A DNA stretch of 64,000 nucleotides from Octopus vulgaris (Eukaryota), in NCBI GenBank assembly GCA_951406725.2, contig OX597842.1, positions 6,820,001 through 6,884,000 on the forward strand, written 5' to 3'. Below are positions 52,270 through 64,000 of the stretch, in pieces. Made by a program: the position numbers and the translations under genes. The notes below the pieces were generated by a model. The model had not been told where the DNA came from. It did not search any database and saw nothing but the letters and a program-made list of their open reading frames with translations. The stretch's first letter is position 1. Every line of letters begins with the position of its first letter.

Positions 52270-53992
52270 TATTCAGGATATCCACCATATATATACAAGG
52301 TTCAAAGAAACCTACTGAAGCAAGTGCTGCAATAAGCCTGTGAATCTGTTGAATAAAATCATAATTAAGTGACACTCCTATATTTTCTTTTACCCAAAGC
52401 CAGGAACTTTTCGAACTCCCTCGTACATACACACACACACACACACACACATACGCGCACACATACGCGCGCACACACACACACACGACGGCTTCTATCA
52501 GTTTCCACGTACTAAATCCACTCATTCTTTTTTTCAATATATATTTTTGTTATTGATATACGAAACAAAATGATAGTCGATTTTTATCATTTTGATAATT
52601 ATTTAAAGATAAAACAAAAGCGATTAAAATAAAATAATAATAAAAAACTCGGAAAAAAAACGTTCGCGGAAAAAAGTCCGTCATTTCGTCAACAGAAGTC
52701 GTCTGCCATTTGGAGAAAATCTTTTCATTGAACAAGACGAAGGAAATCATCTATCATTCTGGGTATAATATAATTATTTGTCTAATATCACTCATTTTGT
52801 TCAAGTTTAACATATTTACAATATTTATATTTCATTGAAATATAAAACGAAGTTATATTTTAATGGAAATCAATCATTTTTATGAAACAATTTTGAATAC
52901 TCGTTGGATAAAGACGAAGCATTTTCGTTGAAATTTTGTCTGAAATATTCATTGTGGTTGATATATCTTCCGTAAAAAATTTAAAAAATCTGAATTATTC
53001 ATTTAATTATTTAACACGTCTCGGACAATTTCCTGAATATTTGATCATTTTTTGCCTGCGTTAAATCAATCGTCTGTTCCTCAAATTCTTTCTTCCTTTC
53101 ATTGGAATCTTTATTATTAAATGTTCGCTATTTCTTAAATCTTCATTATTTGTTTAATCACTTTCAGATATAAATAATATTCACTTTCATCAACGAAAGA
53201 AATTTCAATGAAATGGTTCGAATCATCATCTTGCCAGCCGAAGTATTTCGTCTGAATTTTATTTTCATGAAATATATTTATTTATTTTAATTTAACAGAC
53301 TTTTTTTTCATATATAACATATAGACATATCCCTCTTTTAGAACATTGCCTTTTTATAAGATTTTGCAGGCAAATTCTTAAATTAACATAAACATTTATT
53401 TAGATGAAAGAAAATTTCCGGAGAACTTTCTTCTTACTCTTCCAAATTTTTCTGTTAAAACTGTATTGAAACCATTTTGTCACAGCAACTGGTCGCACAC
53501 CTCAAGGTTTAACGGAACCCACTGAAGCAAGCCATCACGGTTGTAACATTACTACGGGCGATGGCGAGACTAAGGCTTTGGGAAAGCCAAGCGCCTCCAC
53601 GGGGGCAACACCTGACCACCTCGGTGAGGTGAGCTGCCAATGTTGACAAGAACTTCGCGGTTAGTAACCCGGTCCCTCCGAACCTCTTAAACGCCACAGA
53701 GATAGTACTGTCAGGTCCCGATGCTTCAGGGTTTTCACTAACTGCGGACTTCTTGTCAACATTGGCAGCTCACCTCACCGAGGTGGTCAGGTGTTGCTCT
53801 CGTGGAGGCGCTTGGCTTTCCCAAAGCCTAGTCTCGCCATCGCCCGTGGTAATGTTGCGACCGTGGTGGCTTGCTTCAGTGGGTTCCGTTAAACCTTGTG
53901 GTGTGCGACCAGTTGCTGTGACAAAATGGTTACAATACAGTTTTAATAGAAAAATTTGGAAGAGTAAGAAGAAAATTACTTTGTTTTGGTTA

Positions 53993-54501
53993 CCGTAAAT
54001 CTTTGAGTATAGTTCGCCCTTGAGTATAATACGCAGGAGATTTTTAGGGGGCTGTAATTCTGAAAAACCTAAACCTTGTGTATAATACGCACCTCTTCTC
54101 TAACTTGAGTCGTGCATAATTAAGCCAGCAGTACCTAGTCAAACAAACACTTCCGCGCATGCGTAATACAATAATGGTGATGTTCTTAACTGTTATATGG
54201 GAATGTAAATATGTTTGTTACATGTTATTCTGTGTTCTGAATACTTTTATTTTAATAAATGTTGTTTACTGCAAGTTATGGATGATTCTTTTATGATTTA
54301 ATTTCTTTCAGGCTTAGCTTAAGGTATTTTCACGCCTGACATCACAAAATGCGTCTGAATAAACATTGCCAGACAGCAAATAGAGACTCAGACATTGCTT
54401 AGAAAATAATTTTCATCTTTAACCTCATGTATAATACATACTAGGGATTTTGACCTTTAAATTTTGAGAAAAAAATGCAGATTATACTCGAGGATTTACG
54501 G
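53993..54501. mobile_element. pogo/Tc2-like MITE (copy 2, part of the duplication)
   Basis: Appears identical to 51761-52269, including flanks. Confidence 0.85.
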
Positions 54502-56039
54502 TATTCAGGATATCCACCATATATATACAAGGTTCAAAGAAACCTACTGAAGCAAGTGCTGCAATAAGCCTGTGAATCTGTTGAATAAAATCATAATTAA
54601 GTGACATTCCTATATTTTCTTTTACCCAAAGCCAGGAACTTTTCGAACCCCCTCGTACATACACACACACATACGCGCACACACACACACACACGACGGC
54701 TTCTATCAGTTTCCACGTACTAAATCCACTCATTGTTTTTTTCAATATATATTTTTGTTATTGATATACGAAACAAAATGATAGTCGATTTTTATCATTT
54801 TGATAATTATTTAAAGATAAAACAAAAGCGATTAAAATAAAATAATAAAAAAAAAACTCGGAAAAAAAACGTTCGCGGAAAAAAGTCCGTCATTTCGTCA
54901 AGAGAAGTCGTCTGCCATTTGGAGAAAATCTTTTCATTGAACAAGACGAAGGAAATCATCTATCATTCTGGGTATAATATAATTATTTGTCTAATATCAC
55001 TCATTTTGTTCAAGTTTAACATATTTACAATATTTATATTTCATTGAAATATAAAACGAAGTTATATTTTAATGGAAATCAATCATTTTTATGAAACAAT
55101 TTTGAATACTCGTTGGATAAAGACGAAGCATTTTCGTTGAAATTTTGTCTGAAATATTCATTGTGGTTGATATATCTTCCGTAAAAAATTTAAAAAATCT
55201 GAATTATTCATTTAATTATTTAACACGTCTCGGACAATTTCCTGAATATTTGATCATTTTTTGCCTGCGTTAAATCAATCGTCTGTTCCTCAAATTCTTT
55301 CTTCCTTTCATTTGAATCTTCGTTATTAAATTTTCACTATTTCTTAAATCTTCGTTATTTATTTAATCACTTTCAGATATAAATAATATTCACTTTCATC
55401 AACGAAAGAAATTTCAATGAAATGGTTCGAATCATCATCTTGCCAGCCGAAGTATTTCGTCTGAATTTCATTTTCATGAAATTTATTATTATTTTTTTAA
55501 TTTAACAAACTTTTATTTTCATATATAACATTTAGACATATCCCTCTTTTAGAACATTGCCTTTTTATAAGATTTTGCTAGCAAATTCTTAAATTAACAT
55601 AAACATTTATTTAGATGAAAGAAAATTTCCGGAGAACTTTCTTCTAATTCTTCCAAATTTTTCTGTTAAAACTGTATTGTAACCATTTTGTCCCAGCAAC
55701 TGGTCGCACACCTCAAGGTTTAACGGAACCCACTGAAGCAAGCCATCACGGTTGTAACATTACCACGGGCGATGGCGAGACTAGGCTTTGGGAAAGCCAA
55801 GCGCCTCCACGGGGGCAACACCTGACCACCTCGGTGAGGTGAGCTGCCAATGTTGACAAGAACTTCGCGGTTAGTGGCCCAGTCCCCACGAACCCCTTAA
55901 ACGCCGCAGGCAGGAAGAGATAGTACTGTCAGGTCCCTATACTTCAGGGTTTTCTAGAAATATCGTACAATATTTTTTTTTTTTGTCTCGTAACACCCAG
56001 TTGATGTCTTTTATCCAGCTTATAAAAATTATTGGACGA

Positions 56040-56398
56040 CTGTATGTATGTATGTATGTATGTATGTATGTACATACGTACGTATGTATGTATGTATGTA
56101 CGTGTGTATATATGTATGTATGTATGCATGTACGTACGTATGTATATATGTATGTATGTACGTACGTACGTACGTATGTACGTTTGTAAGTATATATGTA
56201 CGTACGTATGTATGATGTCTTGCAAACAACTTGCACATGCAAGTGCTACCAGTTAAAAGCTCCGTATACCGGAAGCTAGCAAGTGTATGGGGTCATCAGG
56301 AGAGAATGCGCGCCGTTTCGGGGCCTACCTCTCGTATGTATGTATATATGTACGTACGTATGTATATATGTACGTACGTACGTATGTATGTATATATG

Positions 56399-56432
<34 letters not shown>

Positions 56433-56600
56433 TGTATGTATGTATGTATGTATGTATGTATGTATGTATGTATGTATGTATGTACGTACGTACGTACGCG
56501 TGTATGTATGTTAGTATGTATGTACGTACGTACGCGTGTATGTATGTTAGTATGTATGTACGTACGTATTTGTATACGCCTGTATGTGTGCGTATGTATT
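56040..56600. repeat. (TATG)n/(TACG)n microsatellite
   Basis: Read directly from the sequence. Confidence 0.95.
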
Positions 56601-57276
56601 TTGTGTGTGTGTTTAAAATTTGTTGTAAACGACAGATGAGTGTTTCACAACTTGATAAGAAATCAAGATCGTATTGAGTCTCCAGTTTATTGAACAACAC
56701 GAACAGATAATTTGTTTATAGTAATTATATCGTTCTTTATATCAACTCCCTCTAATCAAATCGACATTGCCTATATTGGTACATGGAGTGGCCCACACCA
56801 GATGTCAAAATGATCGCAGACCAAATTGAAAATATTGGGATTGGCCTAACTCCACTGCTCTATACCCAGAATGGCATGGCATAATTTCCAGCTGACTGTT
56901 CCATGTATAGAACATGGTTCTATTGATGGCTACAGTTTTTCTCTTTCATAGAGGTTGGCAGCTTGGGAACACTAATGAAGGTCTTGTGAAGACCTTTGCT
57001 CGGGAGCAAGCAGAATCCCCCATCAGTGGCATAGATAATAAGGTAGTAATAGAAGCAAATGCCCCCCACCAAGCACATTTTTCAAAATTGACCCCTTTTT
57101 AACAATACTTTTTAATTCTTTATTTCACTTGTATGATAAAAGTCAGTTCTCTGTTTCTCTCTCTCCCTCTCTTTTGTTACATAGCTTTGGAAGAACTTTC
57201 TGGAATCATTACATTATTTGACCAACTTCTCATGCTTTTGAACTGTCTGCTCAATCTCCTGTCATGTGTTGGGGGC

Positions 57277-57729
57277 TCTTTTACTCTTTTACTTGTTTCA
57301 GTCATTTGACTGTGGCCATACTGGAGCACTGCCTTTAGTCGAGCAAATCTTTTATAGGCTCCACACATTGGTTGAGTCCCATACTTTTATTCTTTGTAAG
57401 CCTAGTACTTATTCTATCAGTTTCTTTTGCCGAACCACTAAGCTACGGGGACGTAAACACACCAGCATTGGTTGTCAAGTGATGTTGGGAGGACAAATAC
57501 AGACGCACAAACATACACACACACACACATACACACTTATATATATATATATATATATATAAATATATATGACAGGCTTCTTTCAGTTTCCGTCTACCAA
57601 ATCCACTCACAAGGCTTTGATCAGACCGAGGCTATAGTAGAAGACACTTGCCCAAGGTGCCACGCAGTGGGACTGAACCCGGAACCATGTGGTTGGTAAG
57701 CAAGCTACTTACCACACAGCCACTCCTAC
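57277..57729 (-). mobile_element. SINE family A with a 37-bp foreign patch
   Basis: Matches family A except at 57350-57386. Confidence 0.9.
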
Positions 57730-58787
57730 ATTTGAAGAACCAAAACAAACCCTGACATTATAACATCTCAACATTGGACGATTTTGTGGAGTTTCGTCTT
57801 TTGTCATGTCACACCTCCATCAGGAGTTGTAAGTTTTACACATAATGACATTGTAACAGAAACATAAAATTAATGACTGTAGAATACAGTTACGTATATT
57901 ATAACTAATGAAATATTTTGCGTAATATAAGGAAAATGACAGTTCTATATTTATGAGATGAGGAATTATGTACATTATTTACATTTGACGGATATTTGTT
58001 CTCGTCTTGTTTTGATGTGCTAACAACAAACAAGATGAGGAAAAATATCTGTCAAATGTCAATAATCTAAGAAAAATGAGTTAAAAATTGTTTGTTATGT
58101 GTTGTGGAACCCCTTTTTTACTAATGTGCTTACTCCCCCAAACTTTAGAACCTAGCTACACCTCTGTTCTGTTTGCTAAGTTCCTAATATCTGACTATTC
58201 AAATGATGAAATATTCCTTTTCCAGGCAGGTTTGCTTCTTGAAATCCTTCTAGCCCAAAGTCTGAAGTCACTGTAGTGTGACCAATTCCTATTATGGCAT
58301 ATTGGAGTCGATTAGCCTTTTATAGGCCCCACACATTAATGAGTGGTCGTTTGACCTATCATTTGTGTTTGGAACATTGGTTGAGTCCCATACTTTGATT
58401 GGTTGAGTATTGTGCAGGACTGGATCAAGAATCCAATCACATTGTATATTGTATGTAATACATTCTAAAACTAACCTGAATCTACTCTGGATCCTACCTC
58501 TGCATAGATATTGAGTTAACAAAATCATCTATGACAAAGGGGTGAGCAATTTTCATGAAGGAAAGTTATGTTATTTTTGTGCCTTTATAATGAAGCACAT
58601 GTAACCAATGATAGCCAGGGCTGAATTATCCAAAAGATGGATGAACTATAAACACCAGAATCTGTGATGTGTTTATTTTGTCCATTGTATTATTTAGCAG
58701 AGGAATAAAGTCTCTCTGTTATTTTTAGTTTGTTTCTTATTTTATTTCCACAAGTGAATATGTAACACGTGTTATATAATGGTAAGC

Positions 58788-59022
58788 AAGGCGGCGAGCT
58801 GGCAGAAACGTTAGCACACCGGGCGAAATGCGTAGCCGTATTTCATCTGCCGTTACGTTCTGAGTTCAAGTTCCGCCGAGGTCGACTTTGCCTTTCATCC
58901 TTTCGGGGTTGATCAAATAAGTACCAGTTACGCACTGGGGTCGATATAATTGACTTAATCCGTTTGTCTGTCCTTGTTTGTCCCTTCTGTGTTTAGCCCC
59001 TTGTGGGTAGTAAAGAAATAGG
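58788..59022 (+). mobile_element. SINE family B, full-length
   Basis: ggcggcgagctggcagaaacgttagc...gagttcaagttcc...ccccttgtgggtagtaaagaaata. Confidence 0.9.
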
Positions 59023-59159
59023 TAAGCAAGATTCTGTAGAAAAACCAAGGGAGACTCTATACCCACACAGCTAAATCATAAGAAACTTATGTTGAGGAGT
59101 ATATTCTTCACCTTATATCCTGTTTTCTGGTGAGAATATAGTCAACCTGGTTTGTGTGG

Positions 59160-59570
59160 CAACTAGATTGATGGGTGATCAGGTGAAAGGCTGGTTTATT
59201 GAAGTTGGTGATGCAGATCATTAGGTCATTTGCATTGCAGAACTCCAGTAGCCTTGTTCCCTCTTCATTTCATGAAACAACTTCATACCCTCCGTGTGCA
59301 CCATGGAAGCCACCTAGATACTGTGAAACATGCCATGGAAGTCACCAGCCATGAAGATAAGATCACTGTCATTTGTCATTGAGGTTGTTTGCAAAATGGC
59401 ATCATAAAAATCAATCGTTTTGTTCATCTGGCATCCCTGGTTGAGGAATACAGACAGAAATAATTGCCGAATAGTTGTTGTACTACTTAGCATAAATTTC
59501 CTATCACACACTTATGTGGACTACCTCAATCACCTTTCCCACCTCCCCACCCATTTCTCAGTTAAAAGTA
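59160..59570 (-). pseudogene. RTE LINE AP-endonuclease remnant
   Basis: FYDAILQTT..NDSDLIFMAGDF, GFHGAHGGY, NEEGTRLLEFCNANDLMIC and KPAFHLITH. Confidence 0.85.
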
Positions 59571-59582
59571 TGCTTGTATAAG

Positions 59583-59621
<39 letters not shown>

Positions 59622-60418
59622 AATCTCCAGGTGTTCTCACTTTACATCTGCTAGGAGAACTACCCTGAAAAATCCCTTTGCTAGCTTGGGCTGATACTAC
59701 AGCTTTGCATGGTTTTACAGTACTGCATTACTCTTACCTAAATTTCCTCACCTTACCTACCTACCTGACAGCCTACCTATATTCCTCAGTGTAACCTGAG
59801 TAGGCTGATAGCTTTCTTACTCTCTTGTTCTCTTTTTTCCTGCTCCGTGCTACACTAACACAAGTCACAGCTACCACTACCACATTCAAAACCTGACCTA
59901 AGACTACACCCTGGCTCACACTTTCGGCGCATCCTTTCTCAGCCAGCATCTCCTCACATATTTCATCCTCTCTCCCTATCTCTCTCCCAGTTGTGATAAT
60001 GGTGATGTTGATGTGCCTTCTGCTGTTCTTGCTAACTTCTAAGATTAGTGGTGTCTTAGATGTTGTAGGCATATTAGGTTTAGATAAGTTTTATATATAT
60101 ATATATATACATATATACATATACACACATATACGTATGTATGTATAGATGTATGTATAAATATATATATATATATCTTTACTTACTGGATGCCAGAGTG
60201 GAAGATGTTTCTGCTTCTTGTAATACGGTATCGAGATGGTTGCTAATTATAGCAAGGTATTCTCTTGATACTGGTGTGTGAGTGTGTGTGTGCGTGTGTG
60301 TGTGTGTATGAGTGTACACGTACTTGTGTGGGTGTACACTTTTACGGGACTCTGTGATTATGTGTGTGTGCACATACATATGTTAGTGTAAAATGTATAT
60401 ATTTGTATGTATCTGAGA

Positions 60419-60459
<41 letters not shown>

Positions 60460-60900
60460 TGTGTGTGTATGTATCATACACACAAGCATCTATATATACA
60501 TATCTATGCACATATATAAAAAATATACACCTTCACACATATGCTAACGCACACACACATATGTATATATGTGTATATATATATATATATACACACATAT
60601 GTGTATGTGTGTATATATATATACTCTAGCATAGCTAGGCGGGGGTGGGAGGGACAGCACTTTTAAACAGACACCACTTTTGGGTCTACTGTAGGCAATA
60701 TGTGCTTTTTGTGGAGTTCAGGAGTGGAAAACGGAAGGGCTGCCCTTCGGCAGCACACACTCTAGTTTCGCTAGTGTATATATATATATGTATGTATGTG
60801 TGTGTCTGTACATACACACACACACACATACACACAGAGGCTGGCCAGAAGTCACACACCAAAACATTTTGTTTATACTATACTGTTATTATGACAGATT

Positions 60901-61318
60901 TGTCCGAGGTGTGCGCAGAGTGATGAAACCATTCTGCATGCCCTTGTTCAGTGTCCGGGCATTGCTGACTCTTGGGGTTATGTTCAACAGCTACTGTCAT
61001 GTGTGGGATGGTCCGTCTATCAACCAAATCTAGTAATGATTCGCACCACCACCCTCCTTCAATCAGGCAGGCAAGGCAGTTTTCCTTTGTCTGGTGGCTG
61101 TGCTGAAAGAAGTTGTTTGGTGGACAAGGCTGAAAGGCATGAGGATGGATGCATTCCCCTTTGGTAGATCTCTCATAGTTTTACTTGAAAAGTTTTACTT
61201 GAAAAGGAAATTGAGAGTGGAGAGGGAGGTGTTGTCCTTGAGTGAGTTTATTGAAATGCAGGGGAAAGTTGTAAAAATGGCAAGAGTGGATGGTACGACT
61301 CTATGTGTAGACCTTTGA
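60901..61318 (+). pseudogene. L1/Tx1 ORF2 C-terminal zinc-knuckle remnant
   Basis: CPRCAQSDETILHALVQCP (CCHC) starting at 60901, then KEVVWWTR...LKRKLRVERE after a frameshift. Confidence 0.8.
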
Positions 61319-61859
61319 GTCAGAGAGAAGGAATCAGAGAGGGCACTTGCTCCTAGGGTTTCAGGGAAATCTCATGGCCATAGTTGAATGACTGAAACAA
61401 ATAAAAGATAAAATATAATTAAGTCACAGTATTTGCAAGAAACAGTTTCTTAAACTAGAAATGATTTTGTTATGTTTATTTTATTTGCCAAATAAACACA
61501 TGCACTATATATTTGTTCTTCACTCCTTTATTTTTGTTCTTATTTTATCTTATATCCAGTCTCTGGAAATCTTTCCTCACACATCTGAAATCTGTCATCA
61601 CACATCTGTGACCTCTTCAGCAACTACACCATCAATGTGTATCCTCTTATTTTGTTTATTTGGAAAAAAATTGATCAACCCAAAATATAACAATATCTGT
61701 TTTAACACTTGATTTCACAAGAATCTTCCAAAACAAATTCATAAGTGTAAAAATGATTTATTTTGTAACAAAAAACTTCAGAAAAAAAAGATTAACATGG
61801 ACCTTACATGTGATGTAAGGTAAACCATACAGAAGCAGTCCTATACTTTCTCTATATAA

Positions 61860-63023
61860 TTGGGTCATCCCATAAATAATGCAGTTTCTTATACTTCTTT
61901 TATTTTTCAAAATTAAGATAAAGTTCTTTTTTAATCTAAAAACTACTCTCCTTCATTTTCTACAATGTTCTTCCATCTATCTGGTAGACTTACAAGGCCC
62001 CTCTTGCAAAACTCACTTGTCCGCAATGAAAAATACTCCTCCAGTACTGTTCTGACCTCATCTACAGAATTTATATTTTTTCTGTACAAATGATTTTGAA
62101 GACTGTGGAATAGATGATAATCAGATGGGGCAATGTCTGGCAAATATGGTTGGTAGGGCATCATTTCCCATTCAAACTGTTCCAGCCTTTGAAATGTCAT
62201 CCTCACTGACTTAAGCCGCTCAAGCTGCTCATAGTAGATCTTCTTTGTAATTGTTTGGTTTGGGTTTAAAAGTTCAAAGTGGACTAAAACTTTCCTATCC
62301 CACCAAACAGATAATAACACCTTATGTGGATGAAGACCTTCTTTAGCCTGGGGTGCCGGTGTTGCTTCTTTCCTTACCCACTGTCTTCTTCAGCACTTGA
62401 CACTTTTATAGAGGACCCATTTCTTGTCACCAGTCACTATTTGGTTAAAAAAAGGTTCATTTGTGAGATGTGACAGCAAAGCAGAGCACCTATTCACTCT
62501 CTGCACACAATTAGACTTTTCCAATGGCATGCAGGTATCAATGAATGGTTGAATGACCAAATCCAAACTTCTCTGCTAGTTTCTCAACAGTTACAATGGG
62601 ATTTTGTTCCACCAAGGTTTGCAAGACATTCTCATCAAGCTCTACAGATCTTCCAGGATGAGACTCATTTTCTTGGCTGTAGTTTCCAGCTCAGAATTTC
62701 TGGAACCACTGGCTTATGATTATCATCCAATCCCCTTATACTGCATTAGTATTCCTCACATTTTCCATTGTGTTGTTGCCTTTATTGAACTCATAAAGCA
62801 AAATATGCCGAATATGCTCCTCCGAATATGCTCCTTCCATTATAGCTTTGAAAAAATAACTCTTAAAATCGAACTGCACTCTTCAAAACTTGAACTAAGG
62901 ATAAGTACAAGGTAAAATTACTACCTGCTTTTATAGCAAGTTGATGCAGGTAGTTTATCTCATCCCCCTCTGATTTTTAGTTCATGCAATTGAAAAAACT
63001 GCATTCTCTATGGAATGACCCAA
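61860..63023 (-). mobile_element. Decayed near full-length mariner element
   Basis: ~28-bp TIRs ttgggtcat..cata..aatgcagttt. Motifs IVTGDKKWVLY, LHPHKVLLSVWWD and PYLPDIAPSDYHLFHSLQ. Confidence 0.92.
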
Positions 63024-63157
63024 TATGTTTAAAACGCTAAAAACAGCCAAAGGTGTTTACATGAAAATCTACTCCCATCAGGGCTGCATTAATCTGCTTT
63101 TTTCTGATGATTTTTTTTTATGTAACTTCATTTTAAGAAAATCTTTTTTCCAAATAT

Positions 63158-63740
63158 CTTTTATTTGTTTCAGTCATTAGACTGCAGCCATGCTGGAGCA
63201 CTGCCTTGAAGAATTCTTAGCTGAATGAATTGATCCCATTTCTTTTTTTCTTTTCTTTTTTTTTGTAAGTTTGGCCCTTTTGCCAAACCCCTAAGTTATG
63301 AAGACATAAACACACCAACACCAGTTGTCAAGTGGTGGAGGGGACAAACACAGACACAATGTCACACACACAACAGGCTTCTTTCAGTTTCCATCTGCCA
63401 AATCCACTCACAAGGGTTTGGTCACTCCGAGGCTATAGTAGAAGACATTTGCCCAAGGTGACATGCAGCGGGATTGAAACTGGAACCATGTGGTTGAGAA
63501 ACAAGCTTCTTACCACACATCCACACTTGTGTGTGTGTAAATGTATGTATGTGTGTATACAGATACACATACATATATATAGTGTATATATATATATATC
63601 CAGTGGGCTGCTTTCTGGTTTTGTCAACCAAATCCATTCACAAGGGTTTGATTGCCTTGAAGCTCTAGTAGGTGGCATGCAGTGGAACTGACCCTGGAAT
63701 CATGTGGTTGAGAAACAAACTTCTTATAACATAGCCACAC
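63158..63740 (-). mobile_element. Old diverged SINE A copies
   Basis: Recognisable family A blocks. Confidence 0.75.
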
Positions 63741-63769
63741 CTGTGTGTGTGTGTGTGTATATATACACA

Positions 63770-64000
63770 CACATACACATACAGACACACACATACACAC
63801 ACATACTAACACACTCACACACACACTCACACAAACACATACTTACACACATACATACTCACACACATACACACACATACATACTCACACACACATACTC
63901 ACACACACATACTCACACACACATACTCACACACACATACTCACACACACATACTCACACACACATACTCACACACACACACACGCACACACACACACAC
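63770..64000. repeat. (CA)n-derived 12-14-bp minisatellite (cacacacatact)
   Basis: Read directly from the sequence. Confidence 0.95.

Larger units (their letters stand above)
51744..55953. repeat. ~2-kb direct duplication (offset 2232) separated by an inverted ~240-bp arm
   Basis: Unit 1 is 51744-~53735 and unit 2 is 53976-~55953. 53737-53974 is the reverse complement of 53427-53665. Confidence 0.95.

Noticed and set aside
53570-53650. HDV-like ribozyme fold (gcc-tccacgg-ggc loop, P4-like hairpin)
   Set aside because: Convincing P1, P1.1 and P2 pairings could not be built.
55936-55960. ctatacttcagggtttttctag resembles the U3 snoRNA 5' end
   Set aside because: Short gapped match that is not kept in the paralogous copy, with no downstream U3 boxes.
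56952-57041. Candidate exon with a good polypyrimidine acceptor
   Set aside because: Weak donor and no recognisable protein; the region may be repeat-derived.

Overview
AT-rich, repeat-saturated animal genomic DNA, either intergenic or intronic. The SINE families, the 5S rRNA remnant and the (TA)n/(CA)n density suggest an Octopus-type coleoid cephalopod; this is recognition, not a database result. No intact host gene is supported. Almost all listed ORFs are translations of microsatellites or SINEs. The real protein-coding signal is transposon-derived: Penelope-like elements (RT + GIY-YIG, one nearly intact at 34.9-36.5 kb), mariner and maT transposases, and RTE, CR1-like and Tx1/L1 LINE fragments. 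Also present are more than 20 copies of one tRNA/CORE-type SINE, two other SINE families, MITEs, non-autonomous Helitron/Helentron elements, a tRNA-Asp pseudogene, a truncated 5S rRNA copy and a 2.2-kb duplication with an inverted GC-rich arm. The most interesting signal is a set of short non-coding elements carrying hammerhead ribozymes, inserted in (TA)n tracts and often folded back with both 3' ends facing outward. The best example (30.8-31.8 kb) is very young and contains one 547-nt monomer running from cleavage site to cleavage site, as expected for a retrozyme/circular-RNA template copied by twin priming. All coordinates were read by eye; ends of decayed repeats are approximate.
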